Assembly (NCBI GenBank): GCA_016871535.1
Contig: VHCZ01000005.1
Coordinates: forward strand, 530 to 64,529
Length of the DNA: 64,000 nucleotides
Reading direction: 5' to 3'
From: Verrucomicrobiota bacterium
GTDB lineage: Bacteria > Verrucomicrobiota > Verrucomicrobiia > Limisphaerales > SIBE01
Shown here: piece by piece, positions 26,001 through 35,000 of the stretch
Numbering within the stretch: position 1 is the first letter of the stretch
How the letters are laid out: each line of letters begins with the position of its first letter
Made by a program: the position numbers and the translations under genes
The notes under the pieces: generated by a model
The model's input: the letters and a program-made list of their open reading frames with translations, nothing else
Databases searched by the model: none
Told to the model about the DNA's origin: nothing

Positions 26001-29000
26001 TCAAAATCGTTCACCTTGAAGAAGCAGACTCCCAGGGGCAACAACGCATCCAGATCGTCCGGATGGCGGCTGAGGATTTTTGTGTAAGCCTGGGCGGCGT
26101 CCTTGAACTGGTCGTTTCGAAGATTCAAATCGGCCAGCAACTTCAGCGCGTCGCGGTGGTACGGATCGAGGTCCAGGGCGCGTCCCAACGCCTGCTCGAA
26201 TTGATCGATGCGCTCCAGCCGGAGATGAGTCAAGGCGAGTTGAACGAACGCGGAGGGATCCGAAGGCATGATTTCCGTCAGCCGGCCGAAGTGACGCTGC
26301 GCCGTGATGAAATCGTTCAGAGCGAACGCAGCCATTCCGAGTTGTTCGATGACTCGAATGTTGTTCGGCGCTTGCTGCAGCGCTTGCTCCAGGATTTGTC
26401 GCGCGGACGAGTGATTCCCATTCTGGCTCTCCCGTTCTGCGCTCGCCAACAAGCGTTCGATTTCAGAGTTCGGCTGAAGAGTAGGGCAGGCCTCCTGCCT
26501 GCCTTTCTTACTGTCTTCAGAGATCGTTGATTCAGGCAGGCTGGAAGCCTGCCCTACGTTGGCCTGATTCAGTGCGGAGTGCGGAGTGCGGAGTGCGGAT
26601 CCAGGCGACTGATTACTGATTACTGATAACTGATCACTGACCACCCCCGAAGCCCTTTCCTCTATCTTCTTCTTGATCGCCGCCAAATTGTTGGCTGCGA
26701 GCGAATGATTCGGGGAGATTTGCAGAATGCGCTGATAGACTTCCCGGGCCGTTTCCCATTCATTCGCCTTAAAGAAGCAGGCGCCCAATCCGAGCAATGA
26801 GTCCAGGTCCTCCGGATTGCGCGAGATGATCTTCACGTAGGTCTGGCCGGCGTCCTTGTAACTTCCCTGCTTCAAGTTCAAATCCGCCAGGAGTTTGAGT
26901 GCGTCGCGGTAGTTCGGGTCGAGTTCCAGGGCGCGGCCCAGTGCCGCTTCGAAATCCTCGATCTGGTCGAGTTCAAGGTTCGCCAGGGCCAACTGGACGC
27001 GAACGCCAGGATCGTTTGGAGCCAACTCTGCGGCCTTTGCAAAATGCTCTCTGGCTGTGGCGAACTCATTCAAGCTGAACAAAATCGCCCCCAGCGTGGC
27101 GTGGATTCGCGGAGAGTTGGGCAGGTGTTGCAGCGCCTCCAGCAAGACGGAGCGGGCATTGGCGAGGTTGCCTTTGCGGTATTCGGCATCGGCTCGTTCC
27201 AGTAGCCGATTGGCCTCGGGCGATACAGGACCTATCTCTAAGTCCGGTTTCGGGTTGGAGTCGTGCGCGTCGTTCATCGAATGCACCGATTCTCGTTTAT
27301 AGCTGGGAATGCGGCCCTGTCGAGCCAGTTCTTGGCCAATTGCGGAGCCTTCGGGTGCGGAGTGCGGAGTGCGGAGTGCGGATTCTGACAACTGATTACT
27401 CCCCCCTGGCAACTGGCAACTGGCAACTGACAACGGATCACTGACCACTGATTCAGGCGAGAGGCGAGGGGCGTCAGGCGTCTGAGGGCGAACGGATTCT
27501 GACAACTGATCACTGACTACTGATAACTGATTACTGGTTTTGCCTCGCAACTCCTCCGCGATCTCCGCCAAGCGCCCGGCCGCAAGCTCCGCCACGCGAT
27601 CCCATTGCCATTTCTCGACCATGTCCTGCCGTGCGCGCGAGCCAATCCGGGCCATTTCCTCCGGCTGTTCAACCACGCGGGGCAACAGTTGAGCCAGATG
27701 GTCTCTCGAAGGTTCAGCCCAGCGATGCCCTCGGAAATACTCGATTTCGGATTCCGGGCCCACGTCGGCCATCTTGTAATCCAGCAAGATGCTGTTCCGC
27801 TCGGTCATGAACTCGCGCGTGCCACTCCATCCGGTCGCAATCACGGGCAATCCGCATGCCATGGCGTCCATCTGCGGCCTGCCCCAGCCTTCGCCCCGCG
27901 ACGGCGCGACGTAAGCGGTGGCGGCGGCGTAGAGATGCGGCAAGTCTGCTTCGGAGATGGGACAACCCAAAACAATAATCGGAGCCACCTGAGAGCGATT
28001 CAACTTCAAGATGCGGCTCAGAAAGGCATCAATGAACAAATTGATCTCGCGCGAAACATCCGGCGCCTCGGAGGCATTCAATGGATAAGCGCGCAGCACC
28101 AGGCAAACGTCGTCCTGAGGTTTGAAAGCGCGGGCCCACGAATGAAGGAGCACGTCCCAACCTTTGCGATAGCTCCATTCGAAGATCGATAGAAAGACGG
28201 TCTTTCGTCTTCCAGGAATTGGCAGAGGATTCAAACCGGGTCGAAAGCGGTCGGTATCGACTCCCCCCGGAATCTTGACCAATCGTGCCGTCACGCCGGA
28301 GTTCCTGAAGGACTCCAGCGAGTGCTCCGTCGGCACCCAGATTTCATCCATCCGATTGCACTTTTCGACCCACTCCTGCGGCAGCCGATCGGTCTCGAAC
28401 ATGGTTCTGCCAATGCAATAGGCAGCGCCCGGCAGCCGATCCAGGCAACGGCCTGAAACGTGAACCACCGCGGCAAACGGAGAAGGGATGTTCTTCTGCA
28501 GCAGGGCATCGAGTTTGTCGCGATCCGCCGAATCGATCTTGGCACGGCAACCTTCGGAAGCCGGGGCGAAGGAACGAATCGCCAGATTGATATTGTTGCT
28601 CTCCAGATTCAGGACAAAGTGCCGGGCTTCCTCAGCATAGCCACTGAAGCTGTAAAACAGGCCGTGCCACAGAACAGGCATCGCCGAAGCGGCGGACGAA
28701 GTCAGGTTTTCTCCTGCGCCACTTCCGCGCGCCGGCGAATCGACGGGCCGCACGAGGGGCTCGAAGGGAGGCGAGGCGTAAAGTGAACTCTGCTTCGTGT
28801 CCCCGCCAAACGCCAGCAGCATCTTGCTCCACAACTCCCTCGCGGCTGGATGCATGGGATCGAGCCTCAGGCACATCCGGACGTAATCCGCGCATTCCGC
28901 GTAGCGCTGAACTCGCGCGGTCTCGACCGCTTTCGCGAGCAACGCGTTCGGAGGCGCATTCTGCAATTCCGGGTCTTCCCAGGGGAACTTGAATTCGGCC

Positions 29001-32000
29001 TTGCGAGCCAAGATCACCCTTCCCACCTGGGTGTAACGCCGGTCATTATGGGTCACGGTACTGAATGGGCAGCACCGAATGGAAAAGCCTGCCGTCTTCA
29101 GGCGCTCGGAAAAATCGACATCCTCCAGTTGGTAGAATCCGCGTTGACCATCCCACTGCACGAGATCGGAAACGGCAGCCTTCATAATACAGAGGCCGCC
29201 GGTGACGTAAACGCGTGAATCGTATTCCGTGTATTCCAACAAGCGTTGCTCCGCTGCCGAGCCCGCCTTGGCCCAGTCCCAGAACCGCGTGCCGTCCGTA
29301 TTCAGAAGTCGAACACAGAGCACGTCGTAATTCTCCCCAAAATTGAGCAGCCCTTCGTAGAAATCCGCATGGAAAATCATGTCGTCGTCCGCGACGACGA
29401 GGCGGTCGTACTGGGCTCGCCGGCAAAGTTGATTCCGCATTTCCCCAAGCCGTCCGGCATGAGCCACCTCGGCCATCGGCACCGCGATGACATCGTCGAA
29501 ACCGGCTGGCACATCGCCGCCCACGAGGATTTCGCATTGAGGAATCTTGAGCGCCCGTATGCTTTGAATTTCCTCGCGCAGCTTGGCGGGGCGCTTGCCG
29601 TTCGTGATGATGCAGAAACTAAAACCCGGCGCGCGTTGTTTGGCGCACTGAGGCGCTGACGAATCGACTCGTTGGACGTTCACGGACGAAGCGTCGGCCA
29701 GCTTTTGCGCCGCGTCCGGTTCGTCCAAGAGGCTCTTCTCTGCCTTCTGCGTGCGCGGCGGCGTGGGCGGATGGAAGCGAGCCTTGGCATCGAACTGCAT
29801 GCTCCAGCGCTGGCCGAACAACTGCACGTTTTCAGGCACATGCTGCAAGCGCCCGGCGCTTTTGGCCTCGTGGTGGTACACGACCGTGCGCGGCTCATAA
29901 ACGACCTTCCAGCCCGCCGCGCGAACCCGCAGGCACAAATCGACATCCTCGCCGCCATTCTTGAAGCTTTCGTCAAACCCGTTCAACTCGAAGAACAGCG
30001 TTCGCGGAATCATCAGGCAAGCGCCGGTGACGATGTCCAGCTCGCGAAACACGTTGACTTCGGGCGCGGAAGCCGGGGCGAAACGATGCACGTGATCCAG
30101 CATCTGCCCGACCAACCCAAACCCCGCGTGCTGCACCCGTCCATCCGGATACAGCAGTTTCACGCCGACCACTCCGACTCGCGGCAAGCGCGCCGCCCAG
30201 ATCATCGAGTCGCACCAACCGGGCGTGACCCGCGTGTCGTTGTTCAGGAACAGCAACAAATGTCCGCGAGCCTCCAGCGCGCCTTGATTGCAGCCGCGGG
30301 CGAAGCCCACGTTTTGTGAATTCAGGAACGCGCGCAGCCGTCCGGCCTGTTGCTCGCGGCGCAAATAATCAGCCGTTCCGTCCGTTGACGCGTTGTCCAC
30401 CACGATAATCTCGCCCTTGGCGGGATCGATCGTTTCGTAAAGGGAAGCGAGGCACTCGCGGTTCAATTCGAGATTGTCGAAAGTCAGGACGATGATGGAG
30501 ACGAGCGGCAAGGATTGGATGGCTCCCTCTCTTCCACTCGAAGAGAGGAGCGGGCTGAGGAGAGGAGGACTATCGTGCTGACTTTTCCACTCTCCTCGAT
30601 CCTCTCCCCACTCATGCTTCGCGGGGAGAGGAGGAAGACCTACGGTCTCCGCACTCCGCACTCCGCATTCCGCAATGGTTGCCGGTTCCCCTCCGGGGAG
30701 GGGTGAAGCCGTGGGTTCACTGTTCGGCAACGAAGCAGATTCTTGTGAAGCAGCTTGAGCCTCGGCGGCCTGACGGCTTGCCAGCACTTCTCGTTTCATT
30801 CCTTCCAGGTACGCTTTTCGAGCCGCTTGCAGTTCCGGCCGCCCCGACACCAGATGTTCCGACTTCTCATAGACGCGCGTGGCGGTTCGCAGCATATCCG
30901 CCCGTTTGCCGCTGTTCATGCTCGTGCCGTCGAATCGCCAGCGAAACTCGCACGTGACTTTGGGAATATGGAAGAACTGGAAATGGCGCGACATGCGGAT
31001 CCACAAATCCCAATCCTCATGGCTGGTCAGCGATTCGTCGAATCCCCCGGCGGTTTCCCAGCACGCCTTTTCGTGCATGAAGCACAGCACGGGCACGAAA
31101 TTGCCCACCAGGATTTCATCCCGATCAAAGTCGCGTGAATACGGAACATCCCGGCGAACGATTTCATAACTGCCGCCCTTCTTCATTTGGTGGGCGCGCC
31201 AGGCATCTGTGTAGGCGACTTTCGCTCCGCTTTTTTGCAGAAACTCGTGCAGCGTTTGGAGATGGTCGGGAAGAAAAAGGTCGTCGTCGTCCAGATACGT
31301 GATGTATTTGCCGCGCGCCTGGTTGACGCCCGTATTTCTGGCCGCGGCCAGGCCGCGGTTCTGGAAGTGTTGGAAGTAACGGATCTTTCGCGAAGCGTTA
31401 AGGCCTTCGATCTGCTTGGAGACATCCTGCCCGGCGTCGTTGACGACCAGGATTTCAAAATCCTGGAACGTCTGGCTCAAGATGCTCTGGAGCGTTTCCG
31501 CGAGCATCTCTGGCCGGTTATAGGTCGGCACGATGACGGAAATGGCCGGCCCCTGGCTCTGGGCCTTCGGGTTCCCTTCTCCGCGCAAGAACCTCCGGGC
31601 AATCTCCACAATGTCCTTCGGATAGAGGTCAGGATGATTGGCGATAATGTTGATGCGGAGGATCGTGTCGCGTTTCAGCGCATCCTGAAAAAGCCCATCC
31701 GCTTTCTCGCGGTAGTGGAATAAGGGTTTGGCAATTCGCTTGCCCACGAATCCTTTTTCTCCGCAGCCAATCCAGAAATCCCAATCTTCGTATCCTTTGA
31801 CATTGGTCTTGTATCCGCCCACCGTTTCCCACGCCTGGCGGCGAAAGAGGGAACAATAACAAAGATGGTTCGCGTGGATCAGAACTTTGAAGTCGTACTC
31901 GGCGGTCGGTTGAATCCACGAACGCTCCCGGTTGAAAAAGATGGCATCCGTGTAAGCAATCGCTACGTCCGGGTTGGACTCTAGAATTTGCACGCACTCC

Positions 32001-35000
32001 GCCAGGAGGGTCGGCGCGATGCGGTCGTCAGCGTCCAATGGCAGGATGAATTCGCCTTGTGCTTCGGCAATTCCTCGGTTGCGGGAGATCGCCGGCTGGC
32101 CGGAGTTCGGCTGGTTGATGAGCTTGATTCGGTGCGTGGAATACCGGGCGCGAAGGCTTTCCGCGACCTGCGCGCTGTCATCAGTGCTCCCGTCGTTAAC
32201 GATGATAATCTCAAAATCCTGATAGGTCTGCTTGATGACGCTATCGACCGCCTCCGGCAGGTAGCGCTCGTAATTGTAGCAAGGGATGACCACGGACACT
32301 CGGGGCGGCGATTTCATGGGTTGCACCGCCGCTTCGCCCGATACGGCGCTCGGCAAAGCAATGGACCTTGTCGCTCGCGCCTGGTTCGCTTGGCGTTGAA
32401 ATTCACCGCGAAGCTCCGCCATTCGCGCGGACACACCGGCAGGCATCTCGAAATTCGCCTTGATGGGTTCGCCTTGGATCACTGACGTCCACGCTCGAAT
32501 AACGACGTTCCAACTGAAGCACGCCCCCCAGTGATCGTAGCCGCACTGGCCCAGCGCCTTTCTCAACTCCGTCTCTCGCAGCAACGTCGCAATAGCATTT
32601 GGAAACTCCGCCAGCGGCACGATGACGCCGCCGGCATTGTCGTGGACCGCGCCGCAGTTCGGTGTCGCCACCCATGCCTTCGCGTGGCTCATCGCTTCCA
32701 GAATGACGACGGGCGACGCTTCGGCGCGCGAGGGGAGCAGGATCAAATCCGCCGCTTCCATCGCTGCCGAAACCTTCTCCGGCGGCAAACCCGGAATCCA
32801 GATGACTTTGGGATCGCGTTCGACTGCCTCGCGAACAGCCTTGCCGTAATTCTGTTCCATCGTTGTGCCGCCGATGATGGCCAGGCGCCATTCTCCCGGA
32901 AGATTCTGCAGCGTCTCGAACAACCCCAGGTGATTCTTCACGCGGAACAGGTTCGCCACGTGCAGCAGCAAGGGCATGTCCTTAGGGATGCCGTGTTCGC
33001 GCCGGAAATCTCCCGCTGGCGCAACGACGTCAACCGCATTGGGGATGTAAGCGGGATCGATCTTCTCTTCCTGGAAGTAGCGATCCCCCGCCCCATGCCG
33101 TGTGATGGACACGACCGCGTGCGCTGATTGGAGAACAGAGCGGAGCGATTCACGAAACTCGCGATCGCCTCGCCAGTTGTGGAAGGCCGCATCGTTGATC
33201 ACCGGCTGGAGGATCAGCCGAAAACGGCGCGGAAGAGTCAGCCCATGAAACGCCCAAAACAAAAGGTTGGAAGGATCGGAAATCGCAATGCACGCGTCGT
33301 AGCGCCCGGAACAAACGAGTTCGCCCAATTGCACCGTGGCGCGCGGAAGGGTCGTTCCCGAAATCTTTTCACGATCCAATGAGATCACGCGCATTCCCAG
33401 ATGGTCGTCCGTTTGCCGCGCCTCATTGGAGTAGGCGGCAACTTCCACATCGAAATCCAGGAAGGACAAACGCCGGCCCAGGTTTTCGACGATGCTCTCG
33501 ACTCCGCCGACCGAAGGGTAGAAATGGGGACAAGCCAGGAGAACGCGCGGACGAGAAGTCCGGTTCGCCGTTTTTCGAGCCTCGACAATCCGGCTCGAAG
33601 CGCTTTGCACGCGCGGCCAATCGTAGAGCCTGAAATGGTTGACCGTGATTTGGGCCTTGAGAAGTTCGCGATTGCGATTCGCTCGATCGAGCAAGCCCGA
33701 GCCGTGTTTCCGATAGAAAAAGAGCGGCTCAGGGATGAGCCGCCCCTCCCAGCCTTTCTCCGCGAGGCTGATCCAAAAGTCCCAGTCTTCGTAGCCTTTG
33801 ACATTGAGTTTATATCCGCCAACCTCGGCCCAGAGCCGCTTTCGATAGAGCGCGCAATAAGGGACGCAATTGTCCTGGAGCAGATTTTGGAGCGTGAACT
33901 CGCCGCACCGCCAAATGTCCTGGCGATCGCCGAAATGCTGCAATTGAGAATAGACCACGCCGACCTTGCCGTCGGATTCGATGAGGTTTACGGCCTTTTC
34001 CAGGAAGGTGGGCGCAATTTTGTCGTCGGGATCCAGGGGAAGGACATATTCGCCTCGGGCCGCGTCGATGCCGGAGTTCCGCGCGCTCGCGGGCTGGCCG
34101 GAGTTGCTTTGCCGGATCAACGTGATGGGAAGGTCCTGATAGGTGTCGATAAGCTGCCGGGCTACGCTGGCCGTATTGTCCGTGCTGCCGTCATCGACAA
34201 TGATGATCTCGAAATCGCGGCATGTTTGCCGAGCAACGCTTTCGACTGCCTCCGGCAGAAAGTGCGCGTAGTTGTAGCAGGGGATGACGACGCTGACCTT
34301 CGGGGGCGGGATACTTTCCGCGTCAGCTTCAGGCCGGCGGGGCATTCGAGACTCTTGCGTCTGGAACAGATCGGAGCGGGCTTCATCCATCGAAGGCGCA
34401 TCGGCTTTGTGCAGGCTTTGCGGATCGCTACCCCCGCCGGTCAACCACGTCACTACAGCGTGTTTCGTTGCGCCGCAGACCGGCTCAAAAAACTCGCGCG
34501 ACTTCTGCTCTGACCAAGGCCTCGGTTGGATGGATTGACGGTTCGCCGCGAGCTTCTGAACGACGGCTCTCAACTCCGAAGCGGTTCGACATGTGAAGTC
34601 ATACTCTGCAAAGGGCATGACATTTTGATCGACAAAAAATTCTGAGAGCAACCCAATCGTGGTCCGGCCCGCATGAGCCGCCTCAAACTCGACCGAGGAT
34701 CCGTTGCAGATGACAACTTCGCTATCGACGAGCGCTTCGCTCGCGGACCGTTGCCCCACGATCATCTCCTCCGGCAGAGACGAAAGCTGCGCAATCCGGA
34801 GCGCCGTCTGGAGAAGTTCCGATTCGCGCCCCATCCGGGGATGAAACCGAATTTCCAGGCGGACATTGCGGATGGCATGGAGCGCTTCGATCGTCCGCGT
34901 GAGCATTTCCAGAGACGGCCCCGCTTCAATCACGAGGCACAACAAGACGCGCAAATGCGGGCCGGAAGATTGAGGAAGCGCGGCCGCCTTCGCGCCCGCC

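Larger units (their letters stand above)
23110..27240 (-). other. six tandem paralogous TPR modules (C-terminal third of the giant ORF)
   Basis: Each module repeats the same ~110-aa core, e.g. DP..FVQLAL.(N/H)L.L..I..FE.ALGRAL..DP.HRDALKLL.DLN......KDAAQ.Y.KIL...PDDL..LLPLGVCFFK..D.E.A..VFER.L...P...VA.ENL. Modules 2 and 3 share the identical stretch DAAQAYTKILSRHPDDLDALLPLGVCFFK. Confidence 0.85.

Noticed and set aside
23690-27545. Periodic repeats considered as a possible CRISPR array
   Set aside because: The units are 7 nt (or a 77-bp palindrome) with no 25-40-nt spacer/repeat alternation. They lie in frame inside a protein-coding ORF, and no cas genes are present.
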